A DNA stretch of 64,000 bases from an uncultured delta proteobacterium (GTDB lineage: Bacteria > Desulfobacterota > Syntrophia > Syntrophales > UBA8958), in NCBI GenBank assembly GCA_903885795.1, contig CAISJV010000007.1:75455-139454 (forward strand), given 5' to 3'. A program made the position numbers and the translations under genes. This document shows positions 44,899 through 54,696 of this stretch, in pieces. A model generated the notes under the pieces. It saw only the letters and a program-made list of their open reading frames with translations, did not search any database and had not been told where the DNA came from. Position 1 is the first letter of the stretch, and the number at the start of each line of letters is the position of its first letter.

Positions 44899-45324
44899 AT
44901 GGACAAAAAAACCGCCTTTTTTCTTTGCACCCATAATTCCAGCCGCTCCCAGATGGCCGAAGGTTTGCTCCGCTCAATACACGGGGAGCAATGGGAGGCC
45001 TACAGCGCCGGTACGGAACCCCGGGGCGTCCATGCTTACGCCGTCACGGTTATGGCGGAGATTGGCATCGATATATCGGCAAGCCAATCCAAACATGTGG
45101 ATTCCCTGTTGGGAAAAAGCTTCGATCTTGTGGTTACCGTTTGCGATGACGCCAACGAGGCCTGCCCCATATTCCCCGGTGGAACAAAAAGGCTGCATCG
45201 GGGATTCCCTGATCCTTCCGCAGCACCGGGAACACCGGAGGTACGTCTGGCCGTATTTCGCCGTATCCGCGACGAAATACGGCAATGGATAAAGGCGGAT
45301 ACCATATTCACTACCGCCACCTGA
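44899..45324 (+). CDS. arsC: thioredoxin-coupled arsenate reductase (LMW-PTPase family ArsC)
   Basis: P-loop CTHNSSRSQMAEG plus the downstream Cys pair VVTVCDDANEACP, as in staphylococcal-type ArsC. The start is taken at MDKKTAFF. Confidence 0.75.
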   Translation: MDKKTAFFLCTHNSSRSQMAEGLLRSIHGEQWEAYSAGTEPRGVHAYAVTVMAEIGIDISASQSKHVDSLLGKSFDLVVTVCDDANEACPIFPGGTKRLHRGFPDPSAAPGTPEVRLAVFRRIRDEIRQWIKADTIFTTAT

Positions 45325-45541
45325 CATCTTGATATAAATTATTTTTATGGAGGATCAGTAAGATCCGCCATAATCTCCGCTCAGTCCATTTTCGCTTATT
45401 GATATCATCTACTTAACATTGATCAGACTCTGATCTTTTCCTTTGAGGGGCCTCTTTTTTTGACTCACTGAACCACAAAATTATGACAGATTTATTTATG
45501 GAAAGGATGTGAAGTTTTGCTAAAAATACCCGATGGGGCAG

Positions 45542-46174
45542 TTAAATCATGCCCACCGTAATGGCGACAGCCCCGAGGAGGGCGTGAGAGATGGTCACAC
45601 CCCAGAAGTTTGGATACTTGTAATAGATGCAACCCCAGACCACGCCCATGAGCAGAGTGGCGACCAGCATGGCCGGTTTCTGATAGATCACATGGAGAAA
45701 TCCATAGGATAGAGACGAAAGGGCAATGATCGGCAGGGGGTTGCGGACTCGCACTTTTTTCATCTCGGCAAACAGGATGGAACGGAAAAAGAATTCCTGG
45801 ACCGGCGTCAGTACAAGGATGTAGAAAAACAGGAAGAACGGCCAGAGACGGACCTGGGCAAGTTCAATCCATCCGGCTTTATAAAATCCGTACAGCAGGA
45901 CCAGGAAGAAAGAGGAGACCCCTAAATTCCATTTCAGGGATCCTTTCAGGGTGTCCCGCCGGAAGCCCAATTCGGACCAATTGAATCTCCGCTTCAGGAT
46001 ATAGAGGATCGTCAAGGCAAGGACTATAAAGGCAAGGAAAAAGCGGTAACGAAAAGGGATAACGCCCAGCCAGATGAGCGTGACCGGGGCGTAAAAGGCA
46101 ACCAGGAAAAATCCGGAAAACATCAAAAGGGTTTCCCGTGCTAATGGTATTTCTTTCCCGCCGTATAATGACAT
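45542..46174 (-). CDS. CPBP (CAAX) family intramembrane protease
   Basis: Multi-TM protein with TPVQEFFFRSILF (E-x3-R motif) and SYGFLHVIY (His motif). Confidence 0.7.
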   Translation of the reverse strand: MSLYGGKEIPLARETLLMFSGFFLVAFYAPVTLIWLGVIPFRYRFFLAFIVLALTILYILKRRFNWSELGFRRDTLKGSLKWNLGVSSFFLVLLYGFYKAGWIELAQVRLWPFFLFFYILVLTPVQEFFFRSILFAEMKKVRVRNPLPIIALSSLSYGFLHVIYQKPAMLVATLLMGVVWGCIYYKYPNFWGVTISHALLGAVAITVGMI

Positions 46175-46352
46175 GTCTCAGCTCCCGTGTTTGACGGAAG
46201 TGCATAACACGGCAACGGCTTCATGTAAAATAAATTTCGCAAATATTTAACCAATCTGAAGTATTTACTGGTCTGCTCTTTGCTGTCGTAAGTGCGGGTA
46301 TCATAATAGGCAGGGGAGGGATTGCAGGAACGGTAAGTTTTGACAGAAGGCC

Positions 46353-47063
46353 CTATGTCGCCTTGACATCGGCAAACTTATAGCCGATGCTCCGGACGGT
46401 GAGGATGTACTCCGGACTCTCCTTATCTTTCTCGATAGCGGCCCGCAGGCGGCTGATGTGGACATCCACCGTCCGTGGTTCCACATAAGTCTCATCTCCC
46501 CAGACGTAATCCAGAAGTTGATCCCTGGAATAAACCCTGCCGGGATGCTTTGTTAAAAAAATCAACAGTTTCAACTCCTTTGGGCCGAGCTCTACTTTCC
46601 GGACGCCCAGGCGGACCTCATAGGACAGGTAATTGACCTGGAGGCCACGGAATGAGAAGGCGTCTTCCTCTTCCGGCGCCGGTTTCCTTTCCGATCTCCG
46701 GAGAACGGCCCGGACGCGGGCAACAAGCTCGCGGACGCTGAAGGGCTTGGTGATGTAGTCGTCGGCCCCCAATTCGAGGCCGATTATTTTGTCCACATCC
46801 TGGCCTTTTGCTGTCACCATGACGATAGGCAGATTTTCCGTTTCGGCTTTTCCGCGTAAGCGCCGGCAGATATCGAGGCCGGACAATCCGGGCAGCATCA
46901 GGTCGAGAACAATCAAATCGGGCTTTATCGTGCGCACGATTTCCATGGCCTGCTCTCCGTCCCATGCCTTGAAAACGGTGTATCCTTCCTGTTCAAGATT
47001 GAAGACGATCAGTTCAACAAGGTCCTTTTCGTCATCCACCACCAGGATTTTTTTTGCCGTCAT
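46353..47063 (-). CDS. phoB: OmpR-family response regulator PhoB
   Basis: The REC domain is KILVVDDEKDL..DLIVLDLMLPG. The winged-helix region is LTKHPGRVYSRDQLLDYVWG..VDVHISRLR. It lies in a Pho gene context. Confidence 0.85.
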   Translation of the reverse strand: MTAKKILVVDDEKDLVELIVFNLEQEGYTVFKAWDGEQAMEIVRTIKPDLIVLDLMLPGLSGLDICRRLRGKAETENLPIVMVTAKGQDVDKIIGLELGADDYITKPFSVRELVARVRAVLRRSERKPAPEEEDAFSFRGLQVNYLSYEVRLGVRKVELGPKELKLLIFLTKHPGRVYSRDQLLDYVWGDETYVEPRTVDVHISRLRAAIEKDKESPEYILTVRSIGYKFADVKAT

Positions 47064-47152
47064 GCTTTAACCGCTCCGCCGAGTTTGATGTATGAGTTTC
47101 ACCGACTTTGCAGAGATTGTCAAGGGGAGTTTCGGCAGGCAGGCAACAGGGA

Positions 47153-47180
47153 CTTTCATAAATTTTCATCAAAGCGTAAT
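47153..47180 (+). promoter_or_regulatory. candidate Pho-box-like direct repeats in the phoB / pstS2 divergent region
   Basis: CTTTCAT aaa TTTTCAT caaa GCGTAAT gives three TCAT/TAAT-ending heptamers at ~10-11-nt spacing. A further CTGTCAT lies at 47229-47235. Confidence 0.35.
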
Positions 47181-47257
47181 GGCGCCGCAACAATCATTCG
47201 CTATAAGACACTCCGCAATCACTCGGACCTGTCATTTAGAAAGTAAGGATTTCCATC

Positions 47258-48304
47258 ATGCTGAAAAGACTCAAAATATGTCTGGTCATCACTTTCCTGC
47301 TGCTATCGTCCCCTGCGGGACTTTACTCCCAGCCAGTAGTAAACGGCGCCGGGGCCACTTTCCCGAGCCCCCTTTATTTCAAATGGATTGAGGTTTATGG
47401 AAAAGATGATCCCGTACGCATTATTTACAAGGATGCCGGCTCCGGCGAGGGTATTCGTCAGCTTCTGGCCAGGGAGATTGATTTCGGGGGAACCGACGCC
47501 TTTCTTTCCGAGGAGGAAATGGGCAAGACCCCCGACACCATTCTCCACGTTCCCACCTGCATCGGTGCGGTGGCCATTATTTACAATCTCCCGGGCAACC
47601 CGGATCTCAGGCTGACGCCGGATATCCTGGCCGATATCTTCCTGGGTCGGATCACCTCCTGGGCGGATCAGCGGATCTCCCAGATCAACCGCAGTGCGCC
47701 GCCGTCAAAACTCAAGATCTCCGTAGTCCATCGCTCGGAGGGAAGCGGTACCACCTTTCTGCTGTCCGATTATCTCACCAAGGTCAGTCCGGCCTGGAAG
47801 AAAACCGTCGGCACGGGCAAGCAGATCCGCTGGCAGACAGGGATAGGCGTCGAAGAAAATTCGGGGGTGGCGGAATTGGTAAAAAAGATCCCCGGAAGCA
47901 TCGGCTATGTCTCCCTGAATTACGCTGTCGCTCTCAAGTTGCCCACCGCCGCCCTGAAAAATAAGCGGGGCCGTTATATGAAGCCGACGGTCGAATCCCT
48001 AAGTTCCGCCGCTTCTATTGATCTGCCGACAGACGCCCGTGCCCTGATCACCAACAGCGGCCATCCCAACGCCTACCCTATCAGCGGGTTTTCATATATT
48101 GTTCTTTTCAGGGAACAGGCATATCATCAACGGTCAAAGGAGAAGGCAGAATCCCTGGCCCGATTTCTCTGGTGGTGCATCCACGAGGGCCAGCGCGAAG
48201 CGGGGCGCCTCTTTTACGCTCCCCTTCCTCGCCAGGCGGTCCTGGTAACGGAAAAGATCCTCCGGTCTCTCGCCTATGCCGGGCAACCACTTTTAAAACC
48301 ATGA
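47258..48304 (+). CDS. pstS: second phosphate-binding protein (long PstS type)
   Basis: Signal peptide, then GAGATFPSPLYFKWIEVY..GSGEGIRQL..HRSEGSGTTFLLSDYL. Confidence 0.85.
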   Translation: MLKRLKICLVITFLLLSSPAGLYSQPVVNGAGATFPSPLYFKWIEVYGKDDPVRIIYKDAGSGEGIRQLLAREIDFGGTDAFLSEEEMGKTPDTILHVPTCIGAVAIIYNLPGNPDLRLTPDILADIFLGRITSWADQRISQINRSAPPSKLKISVVHRSEGSGTTFLLSDYLTKVSPAWKKTVGTGKQIRWQTGIGVEENSGVAELVKKIPGSIGYVSLNYAVALKLPTAALKNKRGRYMKPTVESLSSAASIDLPTDARALITNSGHPNAYPISGFSYIVLFREQAYHQRSKEKAESLARFLWWCIHEGQREAGRLFYAPLPRQAVLVTEKILRSLAYAGQPLLKP

Positions 48305-48314
48305 GATTCAAAAC

Positions 48315-50996
48315 ATGAACAACAAGAACAATTTGTTTTTTGTCTTAATTCTTGCCGGTACTATCTTTTTTGCGGGTATCGCAACCATTCATGGCGCGGA
48401 ACGATTACTCCGCGTCGGCATGGTAAACTCGGCGCCCATGTTATCCGGAGATTCCCAGCACAATCAGGAAAGTCTACCCATCCAAATTCTGCGGTATGCC
48501 GCAGAGAAGGAAAAATGGCGTCTTGCCTTTGTCGATACCTCCCTTCCCGATGCATTGGCCGGTCTTGACCTGGGGGGGTATGATCTTGTGGCCGTTGTTC
48601 CCTTTGGAAAAGAAAAGGCGATGCGTTATGCCTATTCCCGGGAAACGGTAATCTCTTCGTGGGGGCAGATCTATGCGGAAGAAAAAGGATCTGTCAAATC
48701 TCCTCTGGATCTCTCGGGGATGGTGATCGGTGTCCACCGCGACGATCCCTACAACGGGGAGATGCGCTCGCTGGTGCGCAACTTGAATATTCCCTGTAAA
48801 TTCTTGGAATTCAACTCTTACCAAGAGGTTTTTCAAGCACTGGACAAAAAATGGATACAGGCGGGCGTGGTGGATCGTTTTTTTGGCATGATCCATGACG
48901 CCGAATTCCCGGCGCTAAAAAAAACGGACATCATCTTGTCCCCCATGGAATATCGCTATGCTTTCCCCAAAATTCACGATGAATCCATCCTTTCCGCATT
49001 GGATTACCATGTCGGGGCACTGAAAAAAGATCCCCACTCCCTCTATTACCGATCCATACAGGGTGGTCCGTTCCTGCCTGCCGATCCAAAAACGGTCCTG
49101 CAAGCCCAGCAAATAAAGCGAGGCCTGGTCGCAGCTCTCGCACTGCTGTCGCTCACAGCCATTGCCGTCCTGATTCTGCGCTGGCAGGTAAAAGTGAAAA
49201 CCGCCGCCCTGACCGTGAAAAACGATGAACTGAAGCAGGAAATTGCCATGAAACTTCAGGCAGAGGAGGCTCTTTGCCGGCAGAAAAATTACTTGACGGC
49301 CCTCCATGAAACGTCGTTGGACATCATCGGCCGCCTTGATCTGGCGGATCTACTTGAAAAGATTGTCATCCGGGCGGGCGATCTGGTCGGCACCAAGGAT
49401 GGTTTTATTTATCTCTGTAACGAAAACCGCCATGCCCTGCGGATGGAGGTTGCCATCGGCGCCTTTTCCGGACAGATCGGCACCTGCATCCCCCAAGGCG
49501 TCGGCTTGACAGGAAAGGTCATCGCCACTGGAAAGCCGATGATGATGGATGACTATGCAAGCTGGCCGGAACGTCTTTCCGACCAGGCCTTCGATTCTCT
49601 GCGCGCCGTCATGGCCGTTCCCCTATATTATGAAGGAACCATTCAGGGGGTCATCGGCCTGGGACGATTTACCTCCGCCGCGACTTTTTCCAATGATGAG
49701 TTCGACTTACTTAATCGCTTCGGCAACCTTGCTTCCATTGCCTTGAACAACGCCCGCCTGTACGCCAAAATCGAGGAGGAGCTTCAACAGCGGATTCAGG
49801 CGGAAGAAGAGCGGAAGCGGTTGGAAGGCCAACTCCGCCAGACACAAAAGATGGAGGCCATCGGCAGGCTTGCCGGCGGCATAGCCCATGATTTCAATAA
49901 CATATTGGCACCGATCCTCGGGTACACCGAAATGACCTGGAAGAATTATCCTTCCGATGCTCCATTGCGGGAACGACTCGAAAGAATTATGGCCGCCGGT
50001 TACCGTGGTCGTGATCTGGTCGCTCAGATTCTATCATTCAGCCGGAGAGATGACGGCAAACCCATACCATTGGAAGTTGGAAGCCAGGTCAAGGAAATAC
50101 TCAAACTAGTCCGGGCATCCGTTCCCGCCCACATCGAAATCGTTCAGCAGTTGACTGATAAACCGATCATCGTCATGGCGGACCTGACGGATATTCACCA
50201 GATCGTCATGAACCTCTGCACAAACGCGGCCCACGCCATGAGGGATAAGGGCGGTCGCCTGGAGATCACCCTGACTGATACCCTCATAGACCATATTGCC
50301 GCGGCGCGCCATATCGACTTGAAGGCCGCCGCTTATGCCTGTCTGAGCGTAGCCGATACGGGGTGCGGCATGAAAACCGATATTATGGAGCGAATGTTTG
50401 AACCCTTTTTTACCACCGGACAAAAGAGCGGCGGGACCGGCATAGGCCTATCCATCATCCACGGCATTGTCGGGCGTCTGGGCGGAGCCATCCAGGTTTA
50501 CAGCGAGGAAGGACGGGGCAGCGTCTTTCATGTTTATCTGCCGCGGACAGACGCCGCCATGCTTACCGCGGAACCACCCGAAGTGTCGCCGTCTCCCCAA
50601 GGCCGTCAGGAAATGATTCTTGTAGTAGACGACGAAAAGTCCATTGCCGACATGACGGATGAAATGTTGAGTTATATCGGGTACCGGGTTGTCTCGACGA
50701 CCAGCAGCGATACAGCCCTTGACATATTTCGCTCACAGCCGGGACGATTTGATCTGATCATCACGGATCATAACATGCCCCGCCTGACGGGCATCGAACT
50801 GGCAACAGCGATTTTTTCCATCCGACCGGACATTCCCGTAATGCTCTCAACGGGATACAGCGACGTCCGGATCGAAGAGCAGGCTAAAATCGCCGGTATT
50901 AGCGGCCTCATCCGCAAACCTTACGCATTGGACGATCTGGCGCAAAGAGTAAGGGGCATGATCGACGCGGCGACAACAATATCTCTGCCGGTCTGA
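48315..50996 (+). CDS. hybrid sensor histidine kinase: periplasmic binding-protein-like domain, TM, GAF, HisKA/HATPase and receiver
   Basis: The H-box is GIAHDFNNILAPILGY, the N box is NLCTNAAHAM and the G box is DTGCGM..GTGIGLSI. The C-terminal REC domain reads ILVVDDEKSI..DLIITDHNMP. Confidence 0.85.
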   Translation: MNNKNNLFFVLILAGTIFFAGIATIHGAERLLRVGMVNSAPMLSGDSQHNQESLPIQILRYAAEKEKWRLAFVDTSLPDALAGLDLGGYDLVAVVPFGKEKAMRYAYSRETVISSWGQIYAEEKGSVKSPLDLSGMVIGVHRDDPYNGEMRSLVRNLNIPCKFLEFNSYQEVFQALDKKWIQAGVVDRFFGMIHDAEFPALKKTDIILSPMEYRYAFPKIHDESILSALDYHVGALKKDPHSLYYRSIQGGPFLPADPKTVLQAQQIKRGLVAALALLSLTAIAVLILRWQVKVKTAALTVKNDELKQEIAMKLQAEEALCRQKNYLTALHETSLDIIGRLDLADLLEKIVIRAGDLVGTKDGFIYLCNENRHALRMEVAIGAFSGQIGTCIPQGVGLTGKVIATGKPMMMDDYASWPERLSDQAFDSLRAVMAVPLYYEGTIQGVIGLGRFTSAATFSNDEFDLLNRFGNLASIALNNARLYAKIEEELQQRIQAEEERKRLEGQLRQTQKMEAIGRLAGGIAHDFNNILAPILGYTEMTWKNYPSDAPLRERLERIMAAGYRGRDLVAQILSFSRRDDGKPIPLEVGSQVKEILKLVRASVPAHIEIVQQLTDKPIIVMADLTDIHQIVMNLCTNAAHAMRDKGGRLEITLTDTLIDHIAAARHIDLKAAAYACLSVADTGCGMKTDIMERMFEPFFTTGQKSGGTGIGLSIIHGIVGRLGGAIQVYSEEGRGSVFHVYLPRTDAAMLTAEPPEVSPSPQGRQEMILVVDDEKSIADMTDEMLSYIGYRVVSTTSSDTALDIFRSQPGRFDLIITDHNMPRLTGIELATAIFSIRPDIPVMLSTGYSDVRIEEQAKIAGISGLIRKPYALDDLAQRVRGMIDAATTISLPV

Positions 50997-51090
50997 CCCA
51001 TGATAAAATCTTTAAGAAGTAATTTTCTCCCTCCCCCTCGGAGAGATGGCCGGGGTAGCCAAGAAGAGCTTTGTTACGCTACGATTCAAT

Positions 51091-51130
51091 TCCCTCACCT
51101 TCAAGGGGAGGGTTAGGGCAGGGATGGGTT
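51091..51130 (-). repeat. REP-like GC-rich palindromic element, copy C
   Basis: The minus strand reads aacccatccctgccctaaccctccccttgaaggtgaggga. It lies in the convergent gap between the hybrid kinase and the EAL/GGDEF gene. Confidence 0.5.
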
Positions 51131-51225
51131 AAGATCCGTACTCCTTGGAAAAGCAGGTATCTTGAGACTTTTTGCGAGTCCGTCACCCGTGCTTAAGATT
51201 ATATCAGGAATGATAGCCGTTTGCC

Positions 51226-53154
51226 TCATGCGGAGGCGCTTTCTTGTTCACCGTAGTTCCGCTGCTCGAACATGTATCCACTTTCCCCCGTCGCTGTTGT
51301 CAGTTGTTTTACCTTCTTTTTCAGCGCCGCAGCCACCTCGGAAAACAGGGCCGGATGGGGATCATTCCATATTTTACGGCTGTCGATGACGGCTATACTC
51401 ATGGTGACCAGGGGGACCTGGGCCGGATTACCCTGGCGATCGATGATATTGAAATAACCTTTTTTTACATGGTCGTGTTTGAAGAGGTCCAACTTGGCAT
51501 GGTCATACGCCCGACAAAGGGAGGTCAGGGATGCCTCGGTAATAATTCCCGGACAGACCATGATGAAATCGTCGCCGCCGATATGGCCAAGTTTCGCATC
51601 TTTGTGAAGGAGTGACATATTTTCCGACAGTACCCTGGCCGTTAGACGGAGCAGTTCATCGCCCATGAGAAAGCCATAGACATCATTGAACCCCTTGAAG
51701 TGATCGAGGTCCCCATAAATAATGGTATATTCCGGCTCCATCAGGGCGTCGTGAATCCAGTGGCGGATAACCTCATTGCCGGGGAGGTTCGTAAGCGGAT
51801 TGGCAGCCATGGCGCAACGTACTTCCAGCTCCACCGCCTTGGTAATGACCTGTTTCATAGTAACAGAGCCAATAAATCGGTCCTGACTGTCCACAACCAG
51901 CACCGGATCATAGAGGTCTTCCTGAAACCGGTCCATGGCAAGCCTGGCCAGCGCGGTTACGGTAATCCTGTCCTCGACGATCAAGGGCTGGTGCTTGCAG
52001 ATCACATCCACGGGCTTCTTCTGAAACAACTGGTAGCCAAAGGCGCCCCCCGTCTCCAGATAAAAATGCTGTCTCGTAATGAGACCGGAAACGCTTTCAC
52101 CATCGAGGATCACAACATGATCCATATGGGGAGATTTCTTGAACTTATCGTCAAGAGCCCGGCAAAGGATGTCATGTCTTTGAACCGTCGGCGGACGGAT
52201 GACCATACTGCCGATCTGTTCATCGAGATCCGCCTTTGTCTGATCGTATTTTTTTACCAAGGAAGCAATTTTATCTTTTAATTCTTCGGACAAATCATAG
52301 GGCGTCTCCTGGGGGCGACCGAACAAAAAACCCTGGGCATAACGAACCCCGTACTTGACGAGGAGTTCGAGTTCATCCCATGATTCTATGCCCTCAGCGA
52401 TGAGCTTGGAATTGACGCTGGCAGCGAAAGTGGCAATCGACTTGACCAGTTTCTGTTTATAATCATACTTGTGAACATCCCGGACGATGGCCATGTCGAG
52501 CTTCAGATAATGAGGAGTACAGGCGATCAGGGCAATCAGGCCCGAATAGCCGGCCCCGAAGTCGTCCAGACTGATCTTGAATCCCTGATTAACATAATGG
52601 GTCACCAGCTTTTGGAATTGATCGTAGTCGCCGAAGGATTTCTCCTCCGTGACCTCGATGACGATCTGCCGCTGATCCAGACCATATTCCACCATTCTTT
52701 TCTGGGTAAACCGCTCGATAAACCGGGAATCACTGAAGCAGTCCGGGCTGACATTGATGAAATAGATAGCAGAGCGCAGATCACCAGGAAAACTGACTAT
52801 CTTCTGCAAAGCAGCAACGCGGCAAACCTTTTCCAACTCCCACATCAGCCCCAGGCGTTTGGCCTCTGCAAACATTTTATGAGGAGTTTCATATGGCTCT
52901 GTCCCTCTGGACAACACTTCGTACCCCATAATCATCCCCGTAAAAAGATCGATAAGGGGATGGAAGTGGGGCCGCGGTTGCACCTGTTCGACAAAGGAAC
53001 GCTCTGAGTGCTCCGGCTTATGATAAAAATTGAATGCGAATGGCTTATCATGTAACTGGCTAGTTTCCTGAAGGGTTATCATTGTTCTTCTGTCTTCCTT
53101 AATTGAATTGTCAAGCCCCTGCACCGTAAGCGGCCACAAGGTAGCAAGCTTCAT
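51226..53154 (-). CDS. EAL - tandem CBS - GGDEF-like signalling protein (642 aa)
   Basis: EAL-domain motifs are present (GYEVLSRG, ISLDDFGAGYS, KLIAEGIES). The CBS region reads HVVILDGESVSGLITRQ.., PVLVVDSQDRFIGSVTM. The C-terminal cyclase-like domain carries GGDDF instead of GG(D/E)EF. Confidence 0.8.
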   Translation of the reverse strand: MKLATLWPLTVQGLDNSIKEDRRTMITLQETSQLHDKPFAFNFYHKPEHSERSFVEQVQPRPHFHPLIDLFTGMIMGYEVLSRGTEPYETPHKMFAEAKRLGLMWELEKVCRVAALQKIVSFPGDLRSAIYFINVSPDCFSDSRFIERFTQKRMVEYGLDQRQIVIEVTEEKSFGDYDQFQKLVTHYVNQGFKISLDDFGAGYSGLIALIACTPHYLKLDMAIVRDVHKYDYKQKLVKSIATFAASVNSKLIAEGIESWDELELLVKYGVRYAQGFLFGRPQETPYDLSEELKDKIASLVKKYDQTKADLDEQIGSMVIRPPTVQRHDILCRALDDKFKKSPHMDHVVILDGESVSGLITRQHFYLETGGAFGYQLFQKKPVDVICKHQPLIVEDRITVTALARLAMDRFQEDLYDPVLVVDSQDRFIGSVTMKQVITKAVELEVRCAMAANPLTNLPGNEVIRHWIHDALMEPEYTIIYGDLDHFKGFNDVYGFLMGDELLRLTARVLSENMSLLHKDAKLGHIGGDDFIMVCPGIITEASLTSLCRAYDHAKLDLFKHDHVKKGYFNIIDRQGNPAQVPLVTMSIAVIDSRKIWNDPHPALFSEVAAALKKKVKQLTTATGESGYMFEQRNYGEQESASA

Positions 53155-53174
53155 TTATCGAGCGCCCCTAACTC

Positions 53175-54254
53175 CTACACCCTGTCTATGATAACATGGA
53201 GTGAAATTTCCGCCGCTGTCACCCTGCTTCTTCCCGTATAAAGAAAGATCAGGAGCCAGAGGGCTTGCAGGAAGAGGATCATCCCGGGCGTCCAGATGGA
53301 TGCCAGGCCCGCCAGGAGCTGAGTTCCTCCCGGCGGCGGGACGGAGGGAAAGATGAAAAGCAATACTCCCGCATAGGGCAAGGCAAGGAGAGACATGAAC
53401 TGATAAGGGGATATCCTGCCTCTACCCCGGTAATCGGCCCGCAGGAATTCGGAGAGGAAACGCCACCCCTGGGCGGTCCCCACCGTGACGGCGAAAGCAG
53501 GCAGATAATGCTCGGCAAGGAAAAACCACATTCCCGTTATACCCGCCAGGGTGTAAATCACAGCCGTCATGGCCTGAACGGGAACAACCGGCTGGCCATC
53601 GAGACCGTGGGCATAGGAGATTTTCTTTGTTGCTCCGTAAAAGGTCATGGCGAAAGGCCCCAGCGCCTTACGGACGAACGGAGGCAATAGGGACAGCGGT
53701 TTCCCATAACAACAGCCAAAACTGATGCAGGCCAGGCGGCCTGTTCCCTCGGCCATGATATGGCCGATCGCCATGGCGGCAAGAGTTGTAATCATGGGGA
53801 GACGGAAGCTGAAAATATCCCCACCAAGTGCATTTATCGCCCCGATGAGCCAGGGGGAAATCACCAATCCCGCAAAGACGGCCCCGCCGACTGTAAAGGT
53901 AAAACGCTTCCCTTCCACCAGGCCGGCCAGGATGCGGGACAAGGGGGCACAGACAGCCAGGATAAGGATAATCATGGTCAGGGCCGCTGAACTGGGAACA
54001 GAAGCGGCGCCCATGAGGACCAAAAACAGGGAGACCCCGAGGACATAGCCCGTGGCTTGAAAAAACCCGTACCAGGTATAGTTTACCCCCCGCCAGGCCT
54101 CATCCCTGTTCTTATTCATCGGGATGCAGGCAAGGATCTGCCAGTTCTCTTTCGGCAATCCCCTGAAGCCCCAGAAAAATAAGACGCTCAGCGCCAACCC
54201 GAGGGATAGGACAAAAAAAGTGTTGAGATTCATCGTTAAGGGCAGGGATTCCAT
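53175..54254 (-). CDS. Lgt-family (prolipoprotein diacylglyceryl transferase-like) membrane protein
   Basis: Polytopic membrane protein with GRLACISFGCCYGKP, a motif seen in Lgt-family paralogs. The start is ambiguous: ATG at 54254 (MESLPL) or GTG at 54293 as in the ORF track. Confidence 0.55.
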   Translation of the reverse strand: MESLPLTMNLNTFFVLSLGLALSVLFFWGFRGLPKENWQILACIPMNKNRDEAWRGVNYTWYGFFQATGYVLGVSLFLVLMGAASVPSSAALTMIILILAVCAPLSRILAGLVEGKRFTFTVGGAVFAGLVISPWLIGAINALGGDIFSFRLPMITTLAAMAIGHIMAEGTGRLACISFGCCYGKPLSLLPPFVRKALGPFAMTFYGATKKISYAHGLDGQPVVPVQAMTAVIYTLAGITGMWFFLAEHYLPAFAVTVGTAQGWRFLSEFLRADYRGRGRISPYQFMSLLALPYAGVLLFIFPSVPPPGGTQLLAGLASIWTPGMILFLQALWLLIFLYTGRSRVTAAEISLHVIIDRV

Positions 54255-54258
54255 AAAT

Positions 54259-54669
54259 TCAATAACCGACGCCGGTATGGCTGGAAGAAGCACTCTCTTC
54301 TGGAATCCAGGGGTTTATGGATCTTTGGGCGTTTTCCTGCCGCTGCTGGCAGTCGCGGCAGAGACGGCTCGTCGGTCTTGCGAGAAGTCTCTTTTCAGAT
54401 ATGACCTCTCCACAGCGGTCGCATACCCCAAAAAGTCCCCGATCGATCCGTTGCAGGGCTTCCCGTATTTCCTGAATGATCCCCCTCTCCCGCCCCCGCA
54501 TCGACAATTCAAGTTGCCGGTCAAACTCGACCGCCGCCATATCCAATGAATCGGCGCATTTCCCCGTGTCCGTCCTCATTCCGGATATGGTCTTGCCGAC
54601 TGCATGCTGGAGCGTAATCATCTGAATTACGAGCAGCTCCCTGAAATAGTTCATTTTTGCAGCTTTCAT
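54259..54669 (-). CDS. DksA/TraR-family C4 zinc-finger protein
   Basis: CDRCGEVISEKRLLARPTSRLCRDC gives a CxxC-17-CxxC finger. A GGGAGGG RBS lies 5 nt upstream of the ATG. Confidence 0.75.
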   Translation of the reverse strand: MKAAKMNYFRELLVIQMITLQHAVGKTISGMRTDTGKCADSLDMAAVEFDRQLELSMRGRERGIIQEIREALQRIDRGLFGVCDRCGEVISEKRLLARPTSRLCRDCQQRQENAQRSINPWIPEESASSSHTGVGY

Positions 54670-54696
54670 AAAAACCCTCCCTGGAGTTTCATCTTA

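Noticed and set aside
45325-45541. Possible terminator gaggggcctcttttttt after arsC.
   Set aside because: The stem is only 4 bp with a 2-nt loop, which is too weak to call despite the T-run.
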